NCBI GenBank assembly: GCA_965203295.1
Contig: CBDBCZ010000014.1
Coordinates: forward strand, 960,001 to 1,024,000
DNA from: Nitrospirales bacterium
Lineage (GTDB): Bacteria > Nitrospirota > Nitrospiria > Nitrospirales > UBA8639
Reading direction: 5' to 3'
DNA length: 64,000 bases
The notes under the pieces were generated by a model. That model was given only the letters and a program-made list of their open reading frames with translations. It did no database searches and was not told the DNA's origin. Made by a program: the position numbers and the translations under genes. Positions 25,744 through 39,244 of the stretch are shown here, piece after piece. Position 1 is the first letter of the stretch. The number at the start of each line of letters is the position of its first letter.

Positions 25744-25964
25744 GCGCAATTATTGTGTGAATGAATGGGGGTGGGGCTATCTAGACCTGTACCTGTACGC
25801 ATACGCACAGCACTCAGAACTGTGTGGACGCACGTATACATAGATATTATCTACTAGGTGAATGGGGCGAGCGTGAGCGAGTTCATCATGCCATAGATTA
25901 TCTATGATCATACATAGCTGACTTGGATATGCAGGGCTGGTAATGCATTACACTACAAATTTAA

Positions 25965-26107
25965 CCCTTTACCAACCATAAGAAACAGCTTAAAGAAGCA
26001 GAAAAGCCTGTACAAAGTATTAACGCCTAGTATTAAAACCCCCATATAAATTCATATGGGCTTATGGGAGCTCATGACGCATATATGCGTCATTGGTTGG
26101 TAAAGAG
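25965..26107. mobile_element. 143-bp piggyBac-like MITE with TTAA TSD, present only in B1
   Basis: TTAA|ccctttaccaacca..atgacgcatatatgcgtcattggttggtaaagag|TTAA; B2 has a single TTAA at 36753-36756 and B3 is also empty. Confidence 0.9.
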
Positions 26108-26559
26108 TTAATGAGAGACATTATAGAGCATGATATATTTTTACATGCAGCGGTATATTACAGTGGTAAACAATCATCATTATGATATAGAAGGATAGGC
26201 TTATAGTTGAGAAAAACTCAAATGTTACTCTGGTTGTTAATGCCTGTGAATGCCAGTGACAATATTGAGGCTGTAGTCAAAGTAAACGGAGGGGCAGATA
26301 GGAGGGAAGTTTCGGTGACGTCTTCATCTTGCATGTGCAATGTCAACAAGTTAAGATTGGTGCCAAAAACATTGTGTTAGGAAATCGGTACCAGCAAGAA
26401 AGGTGAGCTTAGCACTCCACTGTTTCTTGAAGTGTTTCAGTGCTCGAAGAGCATCGCATATACCCAGCTGTTCAGTTGTGGGGGAGATTTGAGACTTGCC
26501 GACTGACAAGGCAAGCTATTAAAGTATGTGTCTAGTGACAGAACAGCTGCAATCTCAAC

Positions 26560-26930
26560 ACCAGTTAGCGGCCACCAAATTATGCGAGCCACGGTCACAG
26601 ATGCTGAAGGACGTGTATGCTGCTGTTGTGAATGATGATGACAAGTCCTTAAAGGCAGTTCAGAAGCTCCCGATAAACACCACTGCAGAGAGGGATTACT
26701 CTGCACAGCAGACATGCCACCTTCTCCTCCAGCTACCATGTCGCGGCATCGCGGGACTTCATCATCCTTTGTCCTTGCGCTGCTGCCCTGCGTTCTCGCC
26801 AGCGTGCATGTAAACTTGGTCTCCGCCTTCGCCGTGCTCGCTCGTTCTCTAGCCTTCTCTCCTTCTCCACAGGGGTTTCGGCCGCTCTCCTATCTCTGTA
26901 GCGCTGTCTACACAAGTCACTCATTCTCTC
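26560..26930. pseudogene. Helitron Rep-helicase fragments in opposite orientations (repeated in B2 and B3)
   Basis: Plus strand: ATKLCEPRSQMLKDVY..KSLKAVQKL..AERDYSAQ(Q/E)TCHLLLQLP, matching the Helitron RDYSAQE motif. Minus strand: RQRYRERRAAETPVEKERRLENERAR, an STPR-like N-terminal repeat. Confidence 0.7.
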
Positions 26931-26945
26931 TCTCCGGAGTGCACG

Positions 26946-27001
26946 AAGTCTCGCGGGCCAGACTAACTTTTCGCGAAAAGTTACTCTGGGCCGCGAGACT
27001 A
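26946..27001. mobile_element. 56-bp palindromic AGTCTCG..CGAGACTA MITE
   Basis: agtctcgcgggccagactaacttttcgcgaaaagttactctgggccgcgagacta, with agtgcacg near both sides. Confidence 0.65.
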
Positions 27002-28599
27002 TACAGTGCACGCACGTGTTGTAAGGTAAATGGGGGTAACTTCGGACGCGCTTTTATAGGGGGTAACTCCGGATACTCGCTAGGAAACGATGCACAATGC
27101 TGCGCGCTGTATATCGCACATCGGCCTGGCGAGTGTCGGAAGTTACCCACGTGTCCGTTGGAGAATAATTGCCGCTGAAACGCGCGCCAACAGTTGTTGA
27201 AACAGGCATATGCATGCCAACGTTTTTACGGAATAGACCATGCACGGACGCGCACGCACGCACAGGTCTACTGGAAGGGGGGGGGCGGGGCGGGGCTCAC
27301 TCACGCTCGCCCCAAAAGGGTAAGTAATTGTAAAAATACAACAAATAAAATTATAATAAAAAAGAACACAACAGTTAAACATGTGATGACAGCTTCATCA
27401 CATGTAAATAGTCACAAAGCAAAGTCTCATCCACTTGAATCTTGACTTCCTGCTTCTAAAACCATCTTTATGCTATGGTTCACGGTATTTGCATTTGAAA
27501 TCACCACTGATGCACTCTCTGGTAAAGCTTGTAAATTTTCATTTGGGTGCTCTGATACTGTCGAGCTCCAGCCACTGCTTGGGATGTGTGTGAGCTAGCT
27601 ACCTGCACGGAAGTACAAACATTATACAATAATCAACATGATATTGTAGTTACAGAAACAATATAATAGAGCCAGTAACGCCTCGATACGAATCTGATCG
27701 ATTAGTACGTATGCATAGCCTATTTGTAGAATCTGAATGCCAGAGCTCAGTATGTACATAACAACTTACAATTGTATACGCATTAAAGTAATAGCAGGAT
27801 GATTATTGTTTTTGAAAGCACTGACAGGCTCATGCAGTAGCACTGTGACTTACTCTCTTCTTGTACAGCCTGGTATTTTTCTGCTGTAACTTTACCTTCT
27901 GGCTTCCTACCCTGGGAGGTGAAACATTGTATGAAGCCGGTGATGTAACGAAGAATAACATAAACGCTTGGCCATCATTGCCTCTACCAAGTGTCAGCTC
28001 TAGACTCTACTGCAAGCTCTATATGTATGCCACATCTCACAGTGACCTAATGCACTAGCTGTCACCATAGTCACTGTTGATTCCAGAGGCATTTTTGCAT
28101 GCTTAACGCAAAGAGGTACACAAGCAGTAAATCCTTATTGGTCCCTCTCTCTATCTGCACATGATTGCAGCCATTCATGCCTTTCATTCTCCTTGAAATA
28201 TCCTCAAGTGGCCTAACCAGAAATAGAATTTGTGATAGAGCCAAATTTTCAAACCATAAACTAAACAACTACTCAACCAAGGGAACAAAACTTTCAACCA
28301 CTGCTCAAACTACACAGATGTATCACTATTATTCATCCAATCAGTGGAAATGTACTTAAACATTTTTGTATGTATTTTTATCTTTCCTTATAAAGTTGTG
28401 TAGCAGTTTTATCAAAGAAAACACTGATGTACATGGACTTATACAGAAAATAATGACAGTCTTGCGTCTTCAAGACACGACAAAGACTAGTTATCTAGTT
28501 TTGATTCCCCCCCCCCCTCCACACACACACACTATTTAAAAGTTAGGTATGCATTACATAAAAGTGTGCCAGAGACAGGACACACAGCTAGCAGTTGCA

Positions 28600-30755
28600 T
28601 TAATTACTGCCTATCTGTGATGGTAGGGAAAATGGAGAAAAGGTGATAATGCGTGACAAAGCGGTGAGGTGGTGTGATGGTAAGATTAAGATTATGATAA
28701 GGATCATACTGGAGTGTGGTATTGGCAGGGGAGATAAACGGGGAGAGTGTTACAGACGATGTTCGAAAATCAAGGAATTGGTATAGATAGTTGAAATGAG
28801 GTGATTGAAAGGGCTAATTAAGATTTTCATGAAAACAGGAAAGAGTTTTTGGGCATTTTTTGGCAGGATCTTCAAAAGGTAGTCATAAGGGTATATTGCT
28901 TCTTTGAGGAGTATTCCAGGTTCATGTGCAACCAGCACTAAGGGAGATTTGGAAGTATTTACGTGAACATTATGAAAGGCTGGGTACAGCATCCGTAGAT
29001 GATCAGTTTGATAGTAACTGGAAAGAGCATGTAGAGCAGAAAGTGACAGAGTATAGGGAAATGTCTAGACTACGGAAGGTTAAGGTTTTGGACAGGGGAA
29101 TTATTTTGCAGAAATTTAACTAAAACCCCAAAGAACTAGAAGTCTCTAGCAGAGACATACCGATTGCCAATACGAACACGTGACCAGAGTCCGTATATAC
29201 CCGACCCCCATTGTATTCTAGTTGTGACCGTATTAAAAAGGCAGAATGTACCATTGTTAAATAAGAAAGAGCTGGAGATGAAGCGTATGGAACCACTTTG
29301 GCGACTATCAGGTACACAACCGGACATTTTTTTTTAGATTTCAATGTTGCTGTTGTGTTTAGCAATCGCTTAACCTTGCAAATCGCGAGATAGCCCGATT
29401 TTTGGGTGGACAGACAACGAACGAACGAACGCACGGACGAACAGACAGAATTAATCACTTAACCCTGCCACCGCCTACACACCGCGGGGCAATAATAATA
29501 CAGGAGGTAATGATGGGTTAGTTGGGGAGCTTTTTAGGCACGGTGGCAAAGGAGTAGCTACATGTAGTCTGTTGAAAGTCTTATATGAAGTAGTTTGGAC
29601 AAAGGAGAGTGTTCCTAAACAACAAGGACAAGTGTTAACTTTTAGCTTGTATAAGAAAGGTGATACTGAGGACCTGGGTATTTAGAGGCATTTCATTATT
29701 AAATGTGGGAGGAAAACTGTTCTAAACAATCTCATAGTAATCACATTAGAATGAGAAAGAGCTCTTCATGAAGATTCAGAGAGAAAACGAGTCGTGTTGA
29801 TAGAATTTTTGCTTTCAATGACACCATACCAGGTAGAATGAGGAACACTTATTCTTCTTTCGTGACGTTCAGAAGTATTTGACACAGTTTAACATGATGG
29901 CTTATAGTTTAAGGTATGAGAAATTTGTGTTAGGGGCAGGATGAGGTGAGCTATTGAGGATATCACACATAGTGCTGTTGTACTGGAGGCAGAAATATCT
30001 GATATAGGTCAGGGGGTGGCACAGGGTTGTAGTATGTCGCCTATCCTCTTATCTAACTTTATTAATCAGTTGTTAGGTGAGTTTGAGAAGGCTGTGATTG
30101 GCGTTAATATTAAGAAGTATGTTCAGGTTGGGGGTCTAATGTTTGCCCAAAGATTTTGTAGGTTTAACTACTAACGCTCAGGACTGACAAACATTGATTA
30201 ATGTATTACAGGGGTTTTGTAAAAAATGGAGTTTGAAATCTAACATACAAAAGAGTGCTGTTATGGTAATTTTTTTATAAAGAGGTTGATATAAAGATAT
30301 TCCAGAGGTTGTAAGTTACTGTTACTTGCTGGGCATTGAATTTGCAAATAATGGTTCATGAATAGCCATGTACAGAGGGTAATAAATAGTGGAAAGAAAA
30401 ATCTACATAGGGTTTTAGTAACAGTAATATCAGTACAGTTACAAGAAGGATAAGTATTGCTAGTTTCAGTACTTCACCCTGCTTTAGAATATGGTAGTGA
30501 AGTGTGGGCAGACAGCTTCCTGGAATTTTTCAGCTAGGAGATATTTGGCTGCTCTTCTAAAACATGTAGTGAAGCAGTAAGGGGGGGGGTATGGGGTTAG
30601 AATCTATTGAAAGGCAGGAGGCATCTATAGGTGCAAACTTAAGTGGTGTTATAAAGTCAGTAATTTGTATGATGAGAGATATCCTAGCTTACTAGACAGT
30701 GAGTGGTAAGTGAAATTGTGCAGAGGTAGGCAGAGAAAGACCTGGAGGCAATACG
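28600..30755 (+). pseudogene. Degraded non-LTR retrotransposon (LINE) reverse transcriptase, copy 1
   Basis: Fragments EHYERLG..FDSNWKEHV, NNNTGGNDGLVGELFRHGG, LYKKGDTEDLG, GVAQGCSMSPILLSNFINQLL, GLMFA(Q)DFVG and LEYGSEVW, with many stops and frameshifts. Confidence 0.85.
29134..29492 (-). mobile_element. Non-autonomous Helentron/DINE-1-like element inserted in the LINE (copies ~39779-40137, ~52341-52699)
   Basis: On the minus strand: 5' TT and a GC hairpin, a (GTCY/GTTC)n microsatellite, then a 3' hairpin gtctctgctagagac followed by CTAGTT. It splits the RT coding relic; no TSD. Confidence 0.65.
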
Positions 30756-33236
30756 TGCTACAACAGCGACACGAATATGTTAATACCTATCTGCATTATA
30801 TCAGCTGCAGTTGATGTGCCATTCTTGTGAAATGTACAAACCTGTGAAACAGTGTATCCATTGCGGACAGTACTGAAGTAAACAGAGTTACTCTTTCGAG
30901 TAGACCTAAAGGTAGAGCTGGCTTTACTGCTCGGGTACTGTGCCACACCTGAGAGAAGAGAGAGCAGGAATATTAAGGTAATAACTGCATGGACAAACCT
31001 GTAAGATCTTACGATAAAGGAGCAGGTACACATAAAAGGCACCGCTCTTGTTGTCTACATGTTTTCACTCAAGAGTTCTACTATAATCTTGTTCATGGCT
31101 AGGAATGATGATGACTTCTTGCACTTACTATTTAAGGTACATGTAGTGGTACCACATCATTGAACACATTAATTACAACTGCTTGCTAACCCTTAGTCAT
31201 CAATGTTTATAGGGGTGAGGATGTTACAAGACTAGATTGCACTATTGCATATCTTCAGTTTGAACAAAATCTACTTTTTCACTTCTTGGAACATAAAACA
31301 GTAAAACGCAAAATGCAAAATTTTGTACTTCGAAGTTCCCAAGAAAGCGTTAAAACCTTCTGAGACTTCGCCAAGGCAGAGGTTAAATGAATCTATTGGC
31401 AAAGTAAAGATTAACAGCTAGCTTCTACTGATGAATCAGGTAGTCCTCACAAACAGACACTTTAGTTCTTGTTCCAAAATCTGGCTCCAGGTGGACCAAA
31501 TTTAAAAGGCCTAGCTACTTGATGTAGATGACCAGCTGCAAGTTAGAGACTCAGGTACTTTCCTTAATGGCCCCACTTTACAAACCTCATGGACTCACAG
31601 GATCCTCTTTCAATCTCTTCTGGTGTGTCTGGGTCATCCTGTGAGAAAGGGGGTATATTACGTACATATATGTATGCACAATCATATAGTCTGAGTATGT
31701 GCCTACACATACACTGCAACAGTAGCTATGATGGTACATGTATACAGATAATGCTATCATGCTATCATACTCTGACAATATATACCGGTACTATTGTATT
31801 GTCTATCATTTGAATGCATTCAATGGTGTGTTCACATGTTAGGCATTGTAGTTGTTCCAGTGCTGGTGCTAGCCATATTGGTTAGGCTGTGATTGGTTAC
31901 CAGAGTGCTGCAGCGGGAGCTTTAAAGTAGTACAGCTTGGCTGGTAGCATTATCACAGCTGCTGGCAAAGCTGACCGAAAATTTCCATAGTTCATGGTAG
32001 TTCTATGTGTAACAGTCACCATGCTGTCGTGATCTGAGGGCTTGTGCTACCTGCGAAGGGCTTGGATCTGCAGAGTCAAAGCCAAGGGCTGGGCTCCCAT
32101 CGTAAGGTTTGTGATTTTAGTATGAGCAAAAGGTTACCGTTTATTTGTACATATGATTAGCTAAGAGCTGAGCTGTTATTAACTTCGTATCTGGTCTTTT
32201 TTCCTCTCTCCATAAGTTTCTCCTTCACTGTAAGATTTTTTGTGGTGAAACACACATCACTCTATTTCACTGCATATTCATAGAGGCTGCAAGATGAGCG
32301 TGCAGAGGTGGAGAAACAGAGAGAGTACTTTACCAAGCTAAGGGAGGAATTGCAGCCTGGAAATAAACAGAAGGTGGAGTGCATGGTGCAGACTCACAAT
32401 ATAAAATCAACTGACTAAACTAGAGCTGGGATGGGCCAAAGAATTTTGGTACAATTTTTTTTGTGGCCAGCATACCTGATTGTATTGCAATCTACTGCAC
32501 ATTCTCTATTATACGAAGATACGTAAGTTTAAGTGCTACTGATTATTAATGGAGTTGTTGTAGGTGTTTACAATATAATTCTTAGGATAGACTAGTTTAG
32601 TGCAGGCGCAATTAATGACATCTCATGATTATATCAATCTTTCACTTGCTATGTATGTACATATAGCAAGTGGTGGGGTTGTACCTCTATAAAGATTTGC
32701 AGTGGACAGCTTTATAATGTTAATGTCAGACAGGGTAAGAACAATCTCAGGCCCAGCGAACCCCCTGCATGTACAGATTTGGAAGGTATTGGGGTCAAAG
32801 TACAATGTAAGATAACCTTTTCATCTCAGCAGCAAGCCTGCGCTCTAACTGTGACTCAGATTCATGTCTAATCCGATCTTTTGCCTAGTAGCAGCAAAGG
32901 AAAGGGAAATAAGTTCAAATATTTGCACTGTAATATAACGATCATTTGGACAGCTTATTGGAACACTTCAGACTCACTAATGTCTCTACTGCTACCATGA
33001 AGAAGCTGAACATTTAAGAAAACAATTGCTACATTATTCTGCATCCAAACTACATGGGTAAGAGTTGACTCATTAGTCTACCAGGCTATTGAAAGGTTCG
33101 TCACAACTCTGCAGCTGGTTGCTGGTAGTATACGTATACATGTACATCTAAAATGATCAGTAACGTAATTTGGCAAAAACATGCATATGTACACATCACA
33201 CATATGTATGTTACTTCTCTACATACATCATTCACA

Positions 33237-36200
33237 AATTACATACCAATTATTATTTCCAGGTATGCTATCTTGCCATACGAGGCATCTCTCTCAGGCT
33301 GAGCTTGACTCATTAGTTGTTGGTGGGCCTCCAGAACTGCTGCCTATGAAGGAGAGGTACTGGGAGAATCATTTCAACAGCAGTAGATTCAGCATGGCAG
33401 ATTTGTCTCAATCGCACCCTTCCCACCTTTTGCTTTTGAGCTTTTTCCCTTTCTCTTTCAATCCTCTCAATTTCTTCATGACCCAAAATATTCTCCCTAT
33501 AGCAGCGGTATGTAGATATGGGCTGTATCTCAATTATCGCGAATAGCTAGTATGGTCTAGCTGTTGAGTCTGGTATGTTTGTACACGTATTCTAGCTGTG
33601 GTTATATCTTAATTATTATACTAATAGTATGAACCTGTGTTCAAGCTGTTGCTTCAACTTTGTGATCTCTTGCTTATAGGCTGACAGCAATGCTTTCTGT
33701 GACATGTCCTTGTTGATCTGCGCAGTGGTATTGATACTTTTTGCCCTGAGTATTCAAATGTGGGTATAGAAAGAGAATACTGCTAAGAAAAAACTGATAA
33801 GGGGCATACTCAACTGTTTTAATAAGTGTAAAGACAAACCAATCTGAAGGAAAGCAGATTTAGCCAGTGACTCTGAACACAACACTAGGTGTGCTAGTAG
33901 TGGTACGTGGCTGCCAGCAGATACGTATACAACTGAACCGTTCCTAGTATGAAATATGTATGTGAACAGACTGCTACGTACTTGCATGTAACATTAATTG
34001 AAGGATAATGATAGCATGCTTCCCTTACACCAGAGTAAATTCTCACACACATTTTCACTGTGGGTGCAATTACGTGAAAATAAGTACTGGATACTGTTAT
34101 GTACATGCGTACCTCTGTTCTTCCAAAACTTATACTTCTGTGTTGCCTCCAAGGCAGTCCTGCAGCAACCGTGTCAGCTTAGAATCTCGATAAGGAATAT
34201 ACTTCACACCCGAGGTTGTCAGTGCTATATTACCACCTTCACTACTACACCTTTGCAATTGACAGCATTTCCACTGGGAAAATGGCCATGTACACTTTAA
34301 TCAAAGACTATCAGTGTAACAATCATTTTTTAGCATTCTAAAAGAGCTAGTTAAATAATAATATACTCATGTCACTGCTTAGTCTCGTGGGCCAGCCCAC
34401 TTCTGCTTAGAGGGAAGGTGGCCTGGGGAGCTGCCATACTGGCATGCGTCGCTCGGGAATTCAATTAGTTGTGCAACAGTCACATGCTGTTAGTGCATGC
34501 TATATATATAGCGTGGGAAAATTACCACGTGTGAGTTTATTAGTGGCTATTGTCTAAAGTATATACTACCATAGAACTCCATTACAGAGCTATATTACCT
34601 ATGGTACTACATTATACTTAGTACTGCAGCGCAAGCGGTGCGACGGCACGATGAAATCGGATATTTTCTGCCTTGGCTGTGGCTGCAAGGCTTTGAAGGG
34701 AGGCAGAAGAATGCTGTGCAGTGATGCTTCTCGAAATGGTTTACCAATGTGGGAGAAGATCTTTGACGCAAAGCTGCAAAAACTAGGAAAGGAGGCTGAT
34801 AAACAATTAGTCTAGTCAGTCTGGCCACGAGACTGGCTAGTCACTGCTGTAGGGCTTACGCCATTGACCGCACACCCACATACGCAGGCGGAGCTTGTAA
34901 GATCTCCAGTCCGAGGACAAGAACCAGAGCAACGAGATGTTTCACCATCTTGATCACCATATAATTTATTATTCATAGTAATATTCTAGATTAAACTCTT
35001 AACTGGTCATAATAATTAAAGTATACCTGTCCTAATTCTCACACCTTACAGCAAAGCCTGTTCTCAAAAATTTATTGAGAGTACTAAACTCTTTGCACGA
35101 TGATACAAATATGCAGCACAATAATCAGTGTACAATGTGTTGGCTAAGTAGTAAGTAACTCAGCTTCACACCTAAGGATTAATTACATAAACAGATTCAT
35201 AGAGGATTCATTTTTGTCTTGAATTTTACCAAAATATTTATATGATCGTTATATGCAGCAATTAACAGAGATTGGGAAGCACACCCCTCCTGCTGTCTAC
35301 TGATCATGAATCAAATTTTGAAGAATTATAGCTCTACCTACCTGTTTGTCCACTGGCAATGATGCTGCCGTTTTATCCAAGGAGCACGGAATCCACGCTA
35401 CTTCTCACACATACATCGAATATCACATCTTGAGTGGAGCTGCAGAATGTACAGTATGTACACATTAGGCAAGCATATGCTGGAATTCACTCCACCATTT
35501 GGCAAATAGAGATGTTCATTTTTGTCCCCAGCCAGCAAAAGGCATGTATAGGAATGTAGCATTGGGGGTGGGACTACCCAGCCCACACCTCATGCATACT
35601 TGGCTGATCGTGTTCACGCAAAGGCCAGCAAGAGCGTGTTTCACTATCATGTCTTCAGGAAACATTTTTATCATCATAATTATGTATTACAGTACACAGA
35701 AAAAACATTATCAGAAGCAATCTGCTATGTGACACTGTGCCTTGATTTTCCATTGTATGTACATAGTGAACTAACCTGGGTCCGAACACGAGATCATTGA
35801 AGAAATTGTGTGTTCGTGATACGTCAGACCGTATTAGCTCTCCAATTCCGATCTGTGAAGGCACTTCCTTGTGCTCTGCATTAACCTAAACACACTGTGT
35901 GTGTACATGGAAGAAATACATTTACATGATGCTACAGATACATATGCATACATGGCAACCACAGTTATTTGCAAGAGGCAATAACTGTGACACTACGTTA
36001 TAGCAGTTGTGATAGAGACCCCACCAAACATTGTCAGGGACAGCGCAAGACTCTATGTCAAAGACTTTCAATGTCAATGGCTATCACTTAACGTCTAACA
36101 GTAAAAAATGTGTCAAAGACTAGCTACTTTCAAGTTATTTCGTAGGTCTACAGAGGTTCGCACTCGAAAAAATACAGCCCTAACAATGCTACAGATGAAA

Positions 36201-36535
36201 GGCTCATCACTGATCATGAGCAGGGCAAGCTTTCTGGTTTCTACTCTACACAGTCTCCTGCAAGCTTTTGTAAACCTCTGTACCGACACGGGAGCTAGTC
36301 TCGCGAGTCTGACTGTACAGGAGCTAGCTAGCATAGCTGACCAAATTACAGTACAGAACGGGTAAGGTCAGTGGGGGGTAACTTCGGAAATTACAGTACA
36401 CAACGGGTACATATTAGCGAGTACAAACTCACATGGCTTGAAATAGTTTTAATCTCCCGTTGTATGAGTGGCCTGACTCGTACAGCAACCTCTCCTCCCC
36501 TCCCTGGCGAGGATTCTCGACGGTTCAGCGCACAT
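33237..36535 (-). pseudogene. Kinesin motor pseudogene, copy 2
   Basis: Same exons and same LLG*NG stop as copy 1 (offset 10792). Confidence 0.88.
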
Positions 36536-39244
36536 GCGCAATTATTGTGTGAATGAATGGGGGTGGGGCTATCTAGACCTGTACCTGTACGCATACGCAC
36601 AGCACTCAGAACTGTGTGGACGCACGTATACATAGATATTATCTACTAGGTGAATGGGGCGAGCGTGAGCGAGTTCATCATGCCATAGATTATCTATGAT
36701 CATACATAGCTGACTTGGATATGCAGGGCTGGTAATGCATTACACTACAAATTTAATGAGAGACATTATAGAGCATGATATATTTTTACATGCAGCGGTA
36801 TATTACAGTGGTAAACAATCATCATTATGATATAGAAGGATAGGCTTATAGTTGAGAAAAACTCAAATGTTACTCTGGTTGTTAATGCCTGTGAATGCCA
36901 GTGACAATATTGAGGCTGTAGTCAAAGTAAACGGAGGGGCAGATAGGAGGGAAGTTTCGGTGACGTCTTCATCTTGCATGTGCAATGTCAACAAGTTAAG
37001 ATTGGTGCCAAAAACATTGTGTTAGGAAATCGGTACCAGCAAGAAAGGTGAGCTTAGCACTCCACTGTTTCTTGAAGTGTTTCAGTGCTCGAAGAGCATC
37101 GCATATACCCAGCTGTTCAGTTGTGGGGGAGATTTGAGACTTGCCGACTGACAAGGCAAGCTATTAAAGTATGTGTCTAGTGACAGAACAGCTGCAATCT
37201 CAACACCAGTTAGCGGCCACCAAATTATGCGAGCCACGGTCACAGATGCTGAAGGACGTGTATGCTGCTGTTGTGAATGATGATGACAAGTCCTTAAAGG
37301 CAGTTCAGAAGCTCCCGATAAACACCACTGCAGAGAGGGATTACTCTGCACAGCAGACATGCCACCTTCTCCTCCAGCTACCATGTCGCGGCATCGCGGG
37401 ACTTCATCATCCTTTGTCCTTGCGCTGCTGCCCTGCGTTCTCGCCAGCGTGCATGTAAACTTGGTCTCCGCCTTCGCCGTGCTCGCTCGTTCTCTAGCCT
37501 TCTCTCCTTCTCCACAGGGGTTTCGGCCGCTCTCCTATCTCTGTAGCGCTGTCTACACAAGTCACTCATTCTCTCTCTCCGGAGTGCACGAAGTCTCGCG
37601 GGCCAGACTAACTTTTCGCGAAAAGTTACTCTGGGCCGCGAGACTATACAGTGCACGCACGTGTTGTAAGGTAAATGGGGGTAACTTCGGACGCGCTTTT
37701 ATAGGGGGTAACTCCGGATACTCGCTAGGAAACGATGCACAATGCTGCGCGCTGTATATCGCACATCGGCCTGGCGAGTGTCGGAAGTTACCCACGTGTC
37801 CGTTGGAGAATAATTGCCGCTGAAACGCGCGCCAACAGTTGTTGAAACAGGCATATGCATGCCAACGTTTTTACGGAATAGACCATGCACGGACGCGCAC
37901 GCACGCACAGGTCTACTGGAAGGGGGGGGGGCGGGGCGGGGCTCACTCACGCTCGCCCCAAAAGGGTAAGTAATTGTAAAAATACAACAAATAAAATTAT
38001 AATAAAAAAGAACACAACAGTTAAACATGTGATGACAGCTTCATCACATGTAAATAGTCACAAAGCAAAGTCTCATCCACTTGAATCTTGACTTCCTGCT
38101 TCTAAAACCATCTTTATGCTATGGTTCACGGTATTTGCATTTGAAATCACCACTGATGCACTCTCTGGTAAAGCTTGTAAATTTTCATTTGGGTGCTCTG
38201 ATACTGTCGAGCTCCAGCCACTGCTTGGGATGTGTGTGAGCTAGCTACCTGCACGGAAGTACAAACATTATACAATAATCAACATGATATTGTAGTTACA
38301 GAAACAATATAATAGAGCCAGTAACGCCTCGATACGAATCTGATCGATTAGTACGTATGCATAGCCTATTTGTAGAATCTGAATGCCAGAGCTCAGTATG
38401 TACATAACAACTTACAATTGTATACGCATTAAAGTAATAGCAGGATGATTATTGTTTTTGAAAGCACTGACAGGCTCATGCAGTAGCACTGTGACTTACT
38501 CTCTTCTTGTACAGCCTGGTATTTTTCTGCTGTAACTTTACCTTCTGGCTTCCTACCCTGGGAGGTGAAACATTGTATGAAGCCGGTGATGTAACGAAGA
38601 ATAACATAAACACTTGGCCATCATTGCCTCTACCAAGTGTCAGCTCTAGACTCTACTGCAAGCTCTATATGTATGCCACATCTCACAGTGACCTAATGCA
38701 CTAGCTGTCACCATAGTCACTGTTGATTCCAGAGGCATTTTTGCATGCTTAACGCAAAGAGGTACACAAGCAGTAAATCCTTATTGGTCCCTCTCTCTAT
38801 CTGCACATGATTGCAGCCATTCATGCCTTTCATTCTCCTTGAAATATCCTCAAGTGGCCTAACCAGAAATAGAATTTGTGATAGAGCCAAATTTTCAAAC
38901 CATAAACTAAACAACTACTCAACCAAGGGAACAAAACTTTCAACCACTGCTCAAACTACACAGATGTATCACTATTATTCATCCAATCAGTGGAAATGTA
39001 CTTAAACATTTTTGTATGTATTTTTATCTTTCCTTATAAAGTTGTGTAGCAGTTTTATCAAAGAAAACACTGATGTACATGGACTTATACAGAAAATAAT
39101 GACAGTCTTGCGTCTTCAAGACACGACAAAGACTAGTTATCTAGTTTTGATTCCCCCCCCCCTCCACACACACACACTATTTAAAAGTTAGGTATGCATT
39201 ACATAAAAGTGTGCCAGAGACAGGACACATGGCTAGCAGTTGCA

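Larger units (their letters stand above)
20530..31310. repeat. Tandem segmental duplication unit B1 (10781 bp)
   Basis: Begins aaatgcaaaattttgtacttc, which recurs at 31311 and 41958; the ORF track repeats with a ~10.7-kb period. Confidence 0.97.

Noticed and set aside
26300..26345. Hammerhead ribozyme-like GATGAAGAC..GAAAC on the minus strand
   Set aside because: The core CUGAUGA is broken (AAGAUGA) and I could not build the flanking stems.
27420..28340. Exon-like minus-strand segments in each B unit
   Set aside because: No consistent reading frame or recognisable domain could be assembled.
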